Shown: piece by piece, positions 20,829 to 31,059 of the stretch
Position numbering within the stretch: position 1 is the first letter of the stretch
Layout of the letters: each line of letters opens with the position of its first letter
Assembly: GCA_050486285.1 (NCBI GenBank)
Contig: JBJHCZ010000015.1
Coordinates: 4,294 to 68,293, forward strand
DNA: 64,000 bases
Direction of reading: 5' to 3'
DNA from: Chromatiales bacterium
GTDB taxonomy: Bacteria; Pseudomonadota; Gammaproteobacteria; SZUA-140
Notes under the pieces: model-generated
What the model was told of the DNA's origin: nothing
Databases searched by the model: none
What the model saw: the letters and a program-made list of their open reading frames with translations, nothing else
Position numbers and translations under genes: made by a program

Positions 20829-21170
20829 ATGAGCGGATTCAGAACGGTTACCGGTGCGATAGCAGGGTTGGCGATGCTGGCCGGCGGGGCTGCAGCGCTG
20901 GCGGCGGACATGCCGGCGTCGGCGGCGACGGCCGGGTGCGTCGCCTGTCACAAGATCGACCAGAAGCTGATCGGGCCGGCGTGGCAGGATGTCTCGGTCA
21001 GGTATAAGGGCGATCCGGCGGCGCGCGAGAGGCTGATCGAGAAGGTCAAGAAGGGCGGTAGCGGCAACTGGACCGAGGTCACCGGCGGCATACCGATGCC
21101 GCCGAACAGCCCGCGCGTGTCCGATGCCGACATCGCGTCACTGGTCGATTTCATCCTCGCGCTGGAATAA
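20829..21170 (+). CDS. Class I monoheme cytochrome c (c551/c552-like)
   Basis: Signal peptide, CVACH, IGPAW, distal Met in PMPPN; GGAGG RBS. Confidence 0.92.
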   Translation: MSGFRTVTGAIAGLAMLAGGAAALAADMPASAATAGCVACHKIDQKLIGPAWQDVSVRYKGDPAARERLIEKVKKGGSGNWTEVTGGIPMPPNSPRVSDADIASLVDFILALE

Positions 21171-21189
21171 GCCATCGAGGGATGTCAAA

Positions 21190-21217
21190 GGGGTCGGGCC
21201 CGAAAGGGCCTGACCCT
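21190..21217 (+). terminator. Hairpin downstream of cytochrome c (GGGGTC...GACCC type)
   Basis: GGGGTCGGGCCC-GAAA-GGGCCTGACCCT followed by GTTCGTT. Confidence 0.5.
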
Positions 21218-21310
21218 GTTCGTTCGCGCGTCGTGGTTCGGGGTGATCGGGCTGTGCTATCGTCAGGCAGCGGCCGTGCATGGCCGTGGTGACGATCGTG
21301 AGCGAAGGCG

Positions 21311-21991
21311 ATGCGGATATTGCTGGTCGAGGACGAGGCGCCGTTGCGCAGGCAACTGGTCGAGCGGCTGCGCGAGGCCGGCTGGGTCGTCGATGCGGCG
21401 GCGGACGGCGAGGAGGGTCTGTATTTCGGCCGGGAGTATCCGGTCGATGTCGCGATCGTCGACCTCGGCCTGCCGCGGCTGTCCGGCATCGAGGTGATAC
21501 GGCGACTGCGCGAGGCGGGGCGATCGTTCCCGATCCTGATCCTGACCGCGCGCAATCGCTGGCAGGACAAGGTCGACGGCCTCGAGGCCGGCGCCGATGA
21601 TTACCTGGTCAAACCCTTCCACGTCGAGGAGCTGCTCGCGCGGTTGCGCGCGCTGGTCCGGCGCAGTGCCGGCAAGAGTTCACCGCTCCTCAGCGTCGGT
21701 CCGGTCACGCTCGATACCACCGCGCAGAAGGTCAGCGTCGACGGCGCCGGGGTCGAGTTGACGTCCTATGAGTACCGGATGCTCGAACTGCTCATGCTGC
21801 GCGCCGGCGAGGTGCTGTCGAAGACCGAGCTGACCGAGCGCCTCTACGAAGAGGACGACAGCCGCGACAGCAATGTCATCGAGGTGTTCATCGGCCGCTT
21901 GCGGCGCAAGCTCGATCCGGACAATCGCCTGAATCCGATCGAGACGGTGCGCGGTCGGGGCTACCGCTTCAATCCGGACATCGGGGCGTGA
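21311..21991 (+). CDS. OmpR/PhoP-family response regulator
   Basis: LLVEDE, VDLGLP, DDYLVKPF, winged helix IETVRGRGY. Confidence 0.93.
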   Translation: MRILLVEDEAPLRRQLVERLREAGWVVDAAADGEEGLYFGREYPVDVAIVDLGLPRLSGIEVIRRLREAGRSFPILILTARNRWQDKVDGLEAGADDYLVKPFHVEELLARLRALVRRSAGKSSPLLSVGPVTLDTTAQKVSVDGAGVELTSYEYRMLELLMLRAGEVLSKTELTERLYEEDDSRDSNVIEVFIGRLRRKLDPDNRLNPIETVRGRGYRFNPDIGA

Positions 21992-23340
21992 GGCGCTCGC
22001 TCGGTACGCGGCTGCTGCTGGTCGCCAGCCTGGTGCTCGCGGTGTTCTTCGGCGCCACCGGCGCCGTCATCGAGCGCGCCCATTACGAGACTGCCGACGC
22101 AGCATTGAAGCAACGCCTGCAGTCGTTCGCCGCGATGCTGATCGCGGCGTCGGAGCCGGGCGCCGACGGCGGCGTCCGCATCACCCATCCGCTGCCGGAG
22201 ACCCGCTTCTTCCTGCCGCGCTCGGGGCTTTACGCGCGCATCCATCGCAATGATCACGCACACGGCTGGGACTCGCCGTCGCTCGATGGCGGCACGCTGG
22301 CATTCGCCGACGGCCTGCAGCGGGGACAGCGGCGTTTCGACACGCTGTACCTCGGCGACGGCACCGAACTGCGCGGTTTCAGCATCGGCGTCGCCTGGGA
22401 GGGGGACATGCCGGTCGCCGAGACCTACACCGTCAGCGTCGCCGAGGACGTCACCGAATTCAATGCCCAGGTCGCCGGCTTCCGGCGGACGCTGTGGGGG
22501 TGGTTGCTGATCGTCGCGGCCGCGCTGCTGGCGGTACAGTGGGCGGTGCTGCGCTGGGGGCTGTCACCCTTGCGCCGTGTCGCCGGTGATATCGCAGCGA
22601 TCGAGGCGGGTGCGAAGACGCGGCTCGACGGCGACTATCCGGTGGAGCTGCAACCGCTGACCGGCAATCTCAATGCGCTCGTGCAAAACGAACGCGAGCG
22701 GCGCGAGCGTTATCGTCATGCGCTCGGCGATCTCGCCCACAGCCTGAAGACGCCGCTCGCGATCCTGCGCGGCGCCGCCGAGGGCCGCGACGACGCGGCC
22801 TTGCGCGCGGCGACCGAGGAAGCGGTCGAGCGCATGAGCGGGATCGTCGATTACCAGTTGCGGCGCGCGGCGACGGCCGGACGCGGCGGTCTCAAGGCGC
22901 GTGTCGAGGTCGAGCCGGTCGTGCGCCGCGTCGTCGTGGCGCTCGGCAAGGCCTGGCGTGACAAGGCCGTCCGCTGCGACGTCGAGATCGACCCCGGCAC
23001 GCGCTTCGACGGCGATGCGGAGGACCTGGTCGAGATTCTCGGCAACCTGCTCGATAACGCCTTCAAGTGGTGCCGGTCGACGGTCGGCATCCGCGCGCGC
23101 CAGGCCGGCGCGCAGGCAGGCCGCGACGGCGGACTCGTCCTCGTCATCGAGGATGACGGTCCGGGCATCCCCGACGCGGTGCGTTCGGCGGTGTTCGGGC
23201 GGGGGGTGCGCGCGGATCCGGACCGTGAAGGCCATGGCATCGGGCTCGCGGTCGTCCGCGACATCGTCGATGCCTACCATGGCCGCATCGACATCGATCG
23301 CGGCGCGCGCGGCGGCGCGCGGGTGACCGTGACCCTGTAG
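21988..23340 (+). CDS. PhoQ-like sensor histidine kinase
   Basis: Two TMs, HAMP, DLAHSLKTPL, GNLLDNAFKW, DDGPGI, GIGL. Confidence 0.92.
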   Translation: MRRSLGTRLLLVASLVLAVFFGATGAVIERAHYETADAALKQRLQSFAAMLIAASEPGADGGVRITHPLPETRFFLPRSGLYARIHRNDHAHGWDSPSLDGGTLAFADGLQRGQRRFDTLYLGDGTELRGFSIGVAWEGDMPVAETYTVSVAEDVTEFNAQVAGFRRTLWGWLLIVAAALLAVQWAVLRWGLSPLRRVAGDIAAIEAGAKTRLDGDYPVELQPLTGNLNALVQNERERRERYRHALGDLAHSLKTPLAILRGAAEGRDDAALRAATEEAVERMSGIVDYQLRRAATAGRGGLKARVEVEPVVRRVVVALGKAWRDKAVRCDVEIDPGTRFDGDAEDLVEILGNLLDNAFKWCRSTVGIRARQAGAQAGRDGGLVLVIEDDGPGIPDAVRSAVFGRGVRADPDREGHGIGLAVVRDIVDAYHGRIDIDRGARGGARVTVTL

Positions 23341-23351
23341 CGGCGGCGCGG

Positions 23352-24110
23352 CTATTTCCCCAGCAGCAGATCCTTGGCCTGGTTGATCTTCGCCGCCAGC
23401 CACCCCGAGCCGCCGCGATCGGGATGCAGTTTCTGCATCAGGCGGCGGTGGGCGGCAATGATCTCCTCGTCGGACGCGCCCGCCTGCAGGCCGAGGATCT
23501 CGCGGGCCTCCTCGGGGCTCATCGCCCCGCCTGACGGCGGCGGACGCTGTTCGCCGCCGCTAGCGCCTTCGCCGGCCTGTGCCCGCCAGGTCGCGCCATG
23601 GACGCCATCGAGAAACGCCTGCACGAGCTGCGCGGCTTCCGGGTCCTCGATCCGGCATTCACGCAGCAGCTCGATCAACTGCTCGATCGTCAGCTCGGTC
23701 AGTCGCGCGCCCTTGAAGCGACCGTCGATGACCACGCCGTCGATCTCGCCGCTGTCGTGATTCAGACTCATGCGAATGTAACGGGTCTCGACCTGCGAGA
23801 CGCGGCCGGTCGCCGCGCCGCCGCCGGCCGCCTGCGCGGCCTTCGCCGCCTGGTAGCGCTTGTACAGGCCGCCGATGATCGGCAGGAACGGCAACAGCCG
23901 CGGCAGGAACGCAAACAATGTGCCGAGCACGACGAACAGCCAGTGCAGGCGTCCGCTCGCTGCGAGCCAGACCAGCACGCCGATGCCGACCGCGACCGCG
24001 ACGCGGCGCAGCACTCGCGCGACGTTCTGCGGCGGCGCGCGCAGGAACCAGGTCAGCAGCGCAAGCACGGCGAACAGGGCGGCCAGCGCGAACGCGAGCT
24101 TGGCGACCAT
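23352..24110 (-). CDS. Membrane-anchored C-terminal J-domain (DnaJ-like) protein
   Basis: N-terminal TMs; EAREILGL...LHPDRGGS...INQAKD. Confidence 0.85.
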   Translation of the reverse strand: MVAKLAFALAALFAVLALLTWFLRAPPQNVARVLRRVAVAVGIGVLVWLAASGRLHWLFVVLGTLFAFLPRLLPFLPIIGGLYKRYQAAKAAQAAGGGAATGRVSQVETRYIRMSLNHDSGEIDGVVIDGRFKGARLTELTIEQLIELLRECRIEDPEAAQLVQAFLDGVHGATWRAQAGEGASGGEQRPPPSGGAMSPEEAREILGLQAGASDEEIIAAHRRLMQKLHPDRGGSGWLAAKINQAKDLLLGK

Positions 24111-24116
24111 GACGGC

Positions 24117-24833
24117 CTAACCCTTGTCGATCTGTTGCGTGATCCGGCGCACGAGCGCGTCCGAGCGCCGGCTGTAGTCGGCGAGGGCCTGACGGCCGCC
24201 GGCGGCGTAGACCGCGACTGCGCTCAGCAGGTCGCGCAGTTGCGCCGGGCTCGCGGCATCGAACGCACAGTAGGCGCCGCGGCTCAGGCGCGCGATCTCG
24301 CGAAAGACATGGGCGGCGATCGGGTCGTCGCCCTCCTGGAACACGAAGGCGGGGAGGCCCTGCAGGCCGAGCTCGCCGGCCAGTTGCAGCAGCGTGCCGT
24401 GTTCCTCTTCCATGCAATCGCCGACGATGACCAGCGCATTGACCGGTGTCGCCCGCGTCTCACCGAGCGCATGCTCGAGGACGCGACCGATCTGGGTATG
24501 ACCCGCCTGGCAGCGCACCGAGGTCATCTCGCGCAACAGCCCTTGTGATTCCGCGGTCCACGGCGAGGCATGGAATTCACGATAGCCGCGGAACCAGCAC
24601 AACTGGATCTCGAGCCCGCCGAGCCGCGTCGTTTCATTGAACATCTCGGCCTGGATGTGGCAGGCGCGGTCCCACGCCGGCTCTCGACTGGCGGTCGCGT
24701 CCATCGCAAAGATCAGTCGACCGCGCCGGCCCGCCGGTTTGACCGTCGGCGTCGACGCCATTTTCTTCACGAAGGCATCGATCTCGGCGCGGGAGGATTT
24801 TTTCGCCAGCGGCTTGTCGTTTCCGTCCGTCAT
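24117..24833 (-). CDS. VWA-domain protein
   Basis: MIDAS-like [20 protein letters not shown]. Confidence 0.78.
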   Translation of the reverse strand: MTDGNDKPLAKKSSRAEIDAFVKKMASTPTVKPAGRRGRLIFAMDATASREPAWDRACHIQAEMFNETTRLGGLEIQLCWFRGYREFHASPWTAESQGLLREMTSVRCQAGHTQIGRVLEHALGETRATPVNALVIVGDCMEEEHGTLLQLAGELGLQGLPAFVFQEGDDPIAAHVFREIARLSRGAYCAFDAASPAQLRDLLSAVAVYAAGGRQALADYSRRSDALVRRITQQIDKG

Positions 24834-24902
24834 GGCCCGATTGCTCCTGCACAATTCACGTTATATTCTAGCCCATTACGATGTCGCGGAGGGCGCTCGG
24901 GG

Positions 24903-25454
24903 ATGGCTTCACTGGACGAATTCGAGCCTGACGGCCCCGGCGGGGAGCGGCTGACGGTCGTCGAGGGCGACATCACCCGGATCACCGCCGATGCGATCGT
25001 CAACGCCGCGAACGAGACGCTGCTCGGCGGTGGCGGCGTCGACGGCGCGATCCATCGCGCGGCCGGCCCCGGACTGCTCGAGGAATGCCGGATGCTCGGC
25101 GGCTGTGAAAGCGGCCAGGCGAAGCTCACCGGCGGCTATCGCCTGCCGGCGAGGCATGTCATCCATACCGTCGGACCGGTCTGGCGCGGCGGCGCCCACC
25201 GCGAGGACGAGATCCTGGCATCCTGCTATCGTGAATCGCTCAGACTTGCGGCCGGGTCCGGCCTGAAGAGCATTGCCTTCCCCGCCATCAGTTGCGGTAT
25301 CCACGGCTTTCCGCCGGAACGCGCCGCGCGCATCGCGGTTGCCGAAGCCCGCGCGTTTCTTGCCGGTGACACGACGCTCGAACGCGTGATCATGGTATGT
25401 TATGGCGATGAGATTCACGAGGCGTGGTTGAAGGCCGTGCATTCGCCGTCATGA
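24903..25454 (+). CDS. Macro-domain O-acetyl-ADP-ribose deacetylase (YmdB-like)
   Basis: [32 protein letters not shown]. Confidence 0.92.
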   Translation: MASLDEFEPDGPGGERLTVVEGDITRITADAIVNAANETLLGGGGVDGAIHRAAGPGLLEECRMLGGCESGQAKLTGGYRLPARHVIHTVGPVWRGGAHREDEILASCYRESLRLAAGSGLKSIAFPAISCGIHGFPPERAARIAVAEARAFLAGDTTLERVIMVCYGDEIHEAWLKAVHSPS

Positions 25455-26305
25455 GCGAAGACAGAGAGTCGCCGCCGGAGAACGAACGCGTCCCGGTGCT
25501 GAAGTATTTCCTGGTCGGCGCCACCGCGGTCGCAGTGCTCGCGACCCTTGCCTGGTGGTGGTTGCGGGACGATGTCTCGTCCGAGTCGCCGCTTGCGCTG
25601 CCGCCGCCCGCGCTGGTCGAACCCGAACCACTGGTGCGGCATCCGATCCCCGAACCGAGGCCCGATGACACCGGCAGCGAGTCGCCGTCACCGTCGCCGC
25701 TCGCCGACGTGCTGCCGGCTTCACTGCCGGATCTCGACCGCAGCGATCAGGCATTGCTCGCGCTTGCCGGGCGCCTGATCGAGAATCCGCGATTCGTCGA
25801 GCTGTTGATCCCGCGGGACATGATCCGGCGCTTCGTCGTGACCGTCGACGGCCTCGGGACCAAGGTCGTCTCCCAGAACCGTCTGCCGGTGACGCCGCCT
25901 GACGGGCGTTTTCTGGTCGAGCCGCGCGGCGAGCAATTCGTCATCGATCCGCGCAATTACGAGCGCTACCGTCGTCATGTCGCGATGCTCGACCAACTCG
26001 ACAGCCGGCTGCTGGTCGAGGCCTACGTCCATGTCTATCCGCTGATCCAGCAGGCGTATCGTGAACTCGGTTATCCACAGGGCTTCTTCAACGACCGGTT
26101 GATCGCGGTGATCGACGAAATTCTGGCGACGCCGGAGACCGGCGATCCGGTCTGGCTGGAACAACCGGGCGTGTTCTACCTCTATGTCGACCCGGGACTG
26201 GAGGGGCTGACGGCGGGGCAGCGCTTGCTGATCCGCATGGGGCCGGACAGCGCGGCGGCGGTCAAGCGCAAGTTGCGGGAGATTCGTACCGGTTTGGCAC
26301 GCTGA
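25451..26305 (+). CDS. DUF3014-like membrane-anchored protein
   Basis: N-terminal TM, Pro-rich linker, [21 protein letters not shown]. Confidence 0.75.
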   Translation: MSEDRESPPENERVPVLKYFLVGATAVAVLATLAWWWLRDDVSSESPLALPPPALVEPEPLVRHPIPEPRPDDTGSESPSPSPLADVLPASLPDLDRSDQALLALAGRLIENPRFVELLIPRDMIRRFVVTVDGLGTKVVSQNRLPVTPPDGRFLVEPRGEQFVIDPRNYERYRRHVAMLDQLDSRLLVEAYVHVYPLIQQAYRELGYPQGFFNDRLIAVIDEILATPETGDPVWLEQPGVFYLYVDPGLEGLTAGQRLLIRMGPDSAAAVKRKLREIRTGLAR

Positions 26306-26410
26306 AACGCCGATGGACGGAGATTTTATTGTGTGCTAGTAATGGTGACGCGATACCTTCGGTTCGAAGGCCATCGGGTCAGGCTGAATAATGACAAAGA
26401 GGGACTCGAG

Positions 26411-26884
26411 ATGAAAGGGAAGTTATTGATGATCGCGGTATCCGGCATGTTCGTCGCAGGCGTCGCCCAGGCGGACAGCACCGGTTGTGGTCTCGGCACC
26501 ACGTTGTGGGAAGGCCAGTCCGGCATCGCGCCGCAGGTGCTTGCCGTAACGACCAACGGTACGCTCGGTAACCAGACCTTCGGCATCACCTTCGGCACGC
26601 TCGGCTGCAAGTCGGACGGCGTCGTGAAGTCGCCGATGGCGATGTTCACCGGCAGCAATATGGATCGGCTCGCGCGCGACATGTCGATCGGCGAAGGCGA
26701 GGCCCTCGAGACGCTGGCCGAGCTGATGGGCATCGAGGCCGGGCACAAGGGCGTGTTCTTCCAGGCCACCCGGACCCACTTCGGCGAAATCTTCGCGAAC
26801 GCCGATGTCACCGCGGAACAGGTGCTCGACGCCATCAACGACATGATGGCGCAGAACGCCACGCTCGCGCGTTACGCTGTCTGA
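26411..26884 (+). CDS. DUF3015-like secreted protein
   Basis: Signal peptide, GCGLG, TTNGT..NQTFGITFGTLGC, GEGEAL. Confidence 0.8.
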   Translation: MKGKLLMIAVSGMFVAGVAQADSTGCGLGTTLWEGQSGIAPQVLAVTTNGTLGNQTFGITFGTLGCKSDGVVKSPMAMFTGSNMDRLARDMSIGEGEALETLAELMGIEAGHKGVFFQATRTHFGEIFANADVTAEQVLDAINDMMAQNATLARYAV

Positions 26885-26895
26885 AGTCCCCGGCA

Positions 26896-26926
26896 TCCGG
26901 CGGCGCATTCCTGATGCGCCGCCGGA
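26896..26926 (+). terminator. 13-bp intercistronic hairpin
   Basis: TCCGGCGGCGCAT-TCCTG-ATGCGCCGCCGGA; no U-tract. Confidence 0.5.
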
Positions 26927-26947
26927 CCCCGTCAAACTCCGTCATCG

Positions 26948-28870
26948 ATGATGTGGCGCCGCGCGGGCCCAGTCCTGCTCGTTCTCGCAATGGCATTGCC
27001 CGCATCCGTCCACGCAGGACAGGATGACGGTTATGCTGAAATCCTGATCGAACGCGCCGTCGCGGCGCGGCTTGCCGAAGCGCCGTACTGGCTGAGGCTC
27101 GTCTACTATGTCCCGGCGCGCAATGCCAGCGGCTGGCGCAGCGAGGCCACCGCCGCGGATTTTTTCAACAGCCCCGGCGGCCGCGACGATCCTGCTGCGG
27201 AACTGAGCGCGACCTTGCGCGCGCTGTTCGCGCCGCCGCTCGATCCCGTCGACGAGGCCGCGGGCCGCCAGCATCCGCAGTGCGCGTTCATCGCGCGCTA
27301 TCACTGGCTGCGCGAACGCCTCGACATCGACGATGCCCGCCTGCCGCCCCAGCCCTGCGAACGCTTCGATGTATGGTTCGACGCGATCGACCCGGCGCGC
27401 GTCGCACTGGTATTCGCCGCCGACTATGTCGGCAATCCCTCGTCGGCGTTCGGACATACGCTGCTGCGCCTCGACCGGCCGTCGGAGGATGCAAGCCGGC
27501 TGGTGTCCTATGCGGTCAACTATGCGGCAATCGTCGGTGACGCGAATCCGGTCAGCTACGCATGGAACGGCCTGACCGGCGGTTATCCGGGGTACTACTC
27601 GCTGCTGCCGTACTACGACAAGGTGCGGGAGTACAACGATCTCGAAAGCCGCGACATGTGGGAATACGAGTTGACGCTTTCACCCGAGGAGATCGCGCGC
27701 ATGATGCGCCATCTGTGGGAGGCGGGTTCGGTCCCGTTCGACTACTATTTCCTCAAGCAGAACTGCTCGTACCGGCTGCTCGGGCTGCTCGAGATCGCGC
27801 GTCCCGAAGCGGCGCTGACGAACCGCTTTCCGGTCTATGCGATACCGACGGACACCGTGCGCGTCGCGCTGGAGGAGGAAGGCCTGCTGCGCGCGGTCGT
27901 CTTCCGACCTTCGGCGGAACGCCGCCTGAAGCACGGGGTCTCGCTGGCATCGGCCGGGATCAGGGGCGCGGCGCTGGCGGCAGCCAACCGCGAGGATGCC
28001 GATCGCGCGCTGGAAGCGCTGCCGCCGGCGGACCGCGCGCAGGCGCTCGAACTGGCGCATGACTATCTGCACTATCACTTCCTGGCCGGCCGCCTGCCGC
28101 GCGAGACCGCGGCGCCGCGCATGCACCGCCTGCTGGTCGAGCGCAGCAGGGTAGAAGCGCCTTCGCCGGTCCCTGAACCGCCACGGCCGGCGACGCGGCC
28201 CGACCAGGGACATCCGACCGGACGCCTCGGACTCGGCGCCGGCTACGCGCATGGCGCGCATTTCACCGAACTGCAGTGGCGCGCGGCCTATCATGACCTC
28301 GCCGATCCGCAACCCGGCTATCGCCAGGGGGCACAGATCGATTTTCTCGGCGCGAGCGCGCGTTATGAGCACGACCATCATCGCTGGCGCGTCGAGCGCG
28401 TCGATGTCGCCGAGATCTGGTCGCTGGCGCCGCGCAATGCCTTTCTGAAACCGGTGTCATGGAAGGTCGGCGGCGGCTTGATGCGCGATCCGTTGCTGAC
28501 GCCGGACCGGCCGCTGGTCGGCGAATTTCACGGCGGCGCCGGACTGGCCCGGGCCCTCGATCGCGATGAACGGCTGATCGTCTACGGGCTGGCCGAGGGT
28601 CGCCTGATTGCCTCCCGTCATACCGACGACCGCCTGCGGCTCGGCGCGGGTCCGCGCATCGGCGTCGTCCATGGCGGGCGACTCGGCTCGCTGCATGCGA
28701 CCGCAGTCGTGCGCCGGCATACCGATGGCCGGGATCTTCGCCGCGAGGCGCGGCTGGAACAGAGTCTCGCCTTGGGTGATCGCCTCGCGCTGCGCCTGCG
28801 ACTCGGCTGGGCGGAGGAGGGCGGCAGATATTATCGCGAGCGGATGCTGCTCGCGCACTGGTATTACTGA
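26948..28870 (+). CDS. DUF4105 (Lnb-like) domain protein with C-terminal beta-rich region
   Basis: Signal peptide, PSSAFGHTLLR, RDMWEYEL, YYFLKQNCSY. Confidence 0.78.
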   Translation: MMWRRAGPVLLVLAMALPASVHAGQDDGYAEILIERAVAARLAEAPYWLRLVYYVPARNASGWRSEATAADFFNSPGGRDDPAAELSATLRALFAPPLDPVDEAAGRQHPQCAFIARYHWLRERLDIDDARLPPQPCERFDVWFDAIDPARVALVFAADYVGNPSSAFGHTLLRLDRPSEDASRLVSYAVNYAAIVGDANPVSYAWNGLTGGYPGYYSLLPYYDKVREYNDLESRDMWEYELTLSPEEIARMMRHLWEAGSVPFDYYFLKQNCSYRLLGLLEIARPEAALTNRFPVYAIPTDTVRVALEEEGLLRAVVFRPSAERRLKHGVSLASAGIRGAALAAANREDADRALEALPPADRAQALELAHDYLHYHFLAGRLPRETAAPRMHRLLVERSRVEAPSPVPEPPRPATRPDQGHPTGRLGLGAGYAHGAHFTELQWRAAYHDLADPQPGYRQGAQIDFLGASARYEHDHHRWRVERVDVAEIWSLAPRNAFLKPVSWKVGGGLMRDPLLTPDRPLVGEFHGGAGLARALDRDERLIVYGLAEGRLIASRHTDDRLRLGAGPRIGVVHGGRLGSLHATAVVRRHTDGRDLRREARLEQSLALGDRLALRLRLGWAEEGGRYYRERMLLAHWYY

Positions 28871-28871
28871 C

Positions 28872-29705
28872 ATGATCAGGCTGCTGCTGTTGCCGATGTT
28901 GATCATGCAGTCCGCGTGCACACAGTTGTTCTTTCATCCGCTTGCGCAACCGGTGTTCGATCCCGCCGATGCCGGCATCGTCTACGAAACGGTGACCTTC
29001 GAGGCCACGGACGGCACGCGCCTGCACGGCTGGTTCCTGCCGTCGCGGCTGGAGGAAGCCCGGGCGACGATCCTGTTCCTGTACGGCAATGCCGAGAACA
29101 AGAGCACGCATATCGCCAGCGTCTACTGGCTGCCCGAGCACGGTTTCAATGTGCTGACGTTCGACTATCGAGGCTACGGCGGCTCGGCCGGACGGCCGAC
29201 GCTGCCCGGGATGCACGACGATATCGACGCCGCGCTGCGCCATCTGCTGTCGCGGCCGGAGCCGTCGGCGCAGCGCATCATCGTCTTCGGCCAGAGCCTC
29301 GGCGGCGCGCTGGCGCTGACCGCGGTCGCCGACTCGCCCTGGCGCGCGCATATCCATGGCGTCGTCGTCGAGGGGGCATTCAGCGGTTACCGGACGATCG
29401 CGCGCGAGAAGTTGTCCGGGTTCTGGCTGACCTGGCCGCTGGCCTGGCCGTTTTCGCTGACCGTCAGCGACCGCTACCAGCCGCTGGAGGCGGCCGCGCG
29501 GATCAGTCCGATACCGTTGCTGCTGGTCTATTCAACGGAGGATGACATCGTGCCCGCGCATCACGGTGACCGCCTCTATGAGGCGGCGCAGTCACCGAAG
29601 TATCTGTGGAAGATCGACGGGATTCCGCACATTGCCGCTTTCATCGATGATGATCGGCGGCATGAGCTTGTCTCGCTGATCAGACGCTGGCTTCAGGAAG
29701 GCTGA
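28872..29705 (+). CDS. Alpha/beta hydrolase, probable lipoprotein (YfhR-like)
   Basis: QSAC lipobox-like, FDYRGYG, GQSLGG nucleophile elbow. Confidence 0.85.
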   Translation: MIRLLLLPMLIMQSACTQLFFHPLAQPVFDPADAGIVYETVTFEATDGTRLHGWFLPSRLEEARATILFLYGNAENKSTHIASVYWLPEHGFNVLTFDYRGYGGSAGRPTLPGMHDDIDAALRHLLSRPEPSAQRIIVFGQSLGGALALTAVADSPWRAHIHGVVVEGAFSGYRTIAREKLSGFWLTWPLAWPFSLTVSDRYQPLEAAARISPIPLLLVYSTEDDIVPAHHGDRLYEAAQSPKYLWKIDGIPHIAAFIDDDRRHELVSLIRRWLQEG

Positions 29706-31047
29706 TTCCCCGATGCCGGCTGCGACGGTCGATCTCGTCGGCAAGGCACTGCAGCATGGGCGCGATCCCGACCGGATAGGCGGGTACCGATCCGGGTTCG
29801 CCGCCCGGCGGGAGGCGTGTCAGGGCGGCGAGCGTACGGTCCCGGATAATGGACAGGACCTCGGGCGCGGCCAGGCGTCGTCCCGCGCGCATGACCGTCT
29901 GTAACAGCGGATCGCCCGGCAGCGAGTCACTCGACAGCGTCAGCGTATCCGCGCACATGCGCCCGGCCGTGTCGTAACCACGCCAGACCTGCTTCCGCCC
30001 CGGCCACGTCTCCTTGCCCTCGGAGCGCTTGCGCCGGGGGATGCCGGCATATTCCTGCAGCTTGTACGCGCAGTCGAGATAAGGGGCGTCTGCCGAGGTG
30101 TCGAGTTTCGTGCCGATGCCGAAGCCGTCGATCGGCGCGCCGGCGCGGAGCAGCTTGCCGATGATCGCCTCGTCGAGACTGCCGCTGCAGAAGATCGCGG
30201 TGTCGCGCAGGCCGCCGTCGTCGAGGATGGCGCGCACGCGCAGGCTGTGTTCCAGCAGGTCGCCGCTGTCCAGGCGGACGGCCCTGATGCGGATGCCGCG
30301 TTCCCTCAATTGCGGCGCGAGCGCGACGACCTTGCGCGCGCCGGCCTCGGTGTCGTAGGTGTCGATCAGCAGCGTGACATTGTCGCGCATCGATTCTGCA
30401 AAGTGCTCGAAGGCCAGCGCCTCGTCGTCATGGGCCTGGATGTAGGAGTGGGCCATCGTGCCGTAGCTCGGAATACCGTAGCGGGCCTCGGCGAGCACGG
30501 TCGCGGTGCCGTCGAAGCCGGCGAGATAGCTCGCCCGCGCCGCGAGCAGCGCCGCCTCGGCGCCGTGGGCGCGGCGCATGCCGAAGTCGACCAGCAGCTT
30601 GCCGGGCGCCGCGAGGCGGCAGCGCGCCGCCTTGCTCGCGATCAGGGTCTGGAAATGCAGCAGATTGATGACGCGGCTCTCGATCAGTTGCGCCTCGGGC
30701 AGCGGCGCGACGACGCGCAGGATCGGTTCGTCGGCGAAGAAGACGGTCCCTTCCGGCATCGCGTCGACGTCGCCGGTGAATCGCAACGTCGCGAGCCGCT
30801 CGATGAAGCCGGCGGAAAACCGGCCGGTCCCGCGCAGCCAGGTGATCTCCTCGTCACTGAAGCGCAGGCGTTCCAGATAATCGAGGACCTGTTCGAGACC
30901 GGCGGCGACGAGAAACGCGCGTTCCGGCGGCAGCCGGCGCACGAAGAACTCGAACACCGCGGTGTCGTTCATGCCGCGGTCGTGGTAGCCCTGCAGCATC
31001 GTCAGCTGATACAGGTCGGTGAGGAGGGGGCTGGTCAGCGGGTCCAT
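29680..31047 (-). CDS. pncB: Nicotinate phosphoribosyltransferase
   Basis: LLTDLYQLTM, DFGMRRAHG, GTMAHS, LIDTYD, VRLDSGD. Confidence 0.95.
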   Translation of the reverse strand: MDPLTSPLLTDLYQLTMLQGYHDRGMNDTAVFEFFVRRLPPERAFLVAAGLEQVLDYLERLRFSDEEITWLRGTGRFSAGFIERLATLRFTGDVDAMPEGTVFFADEPILRVVAPLPEAQLIESRVINLLHFQTLIASKAARCRLAAPGKLLVDFGMRRAHGAEAALLAARASYLAGFDGTATVLAEARYGIPSYGTMAHSYIQAHDDEALAFEHFAESMRDNVTLLIDTYDTEAGARKVVALAPQLRERGIRIRAVRLDSGDLLEHSLRVRAILDDGGLRDTAIFCSGSLDEAIIGKLLRAGAPIDGFGIGTKLDTSADAPYLDCAYKLQEYAGIPRRKRSEGKETWPGRKQVWRGYDTAGRMCADTLTLSSDSLPGDPLLQTVMRAGRRLAAPEVLSIIRDRTLAALTRLPPGGEPGSVPAYPVGIAPMLQCLADEIDRRSRHRGISLPEASV

Positions 31048-31059
31048 CTTGCCTCCGGG

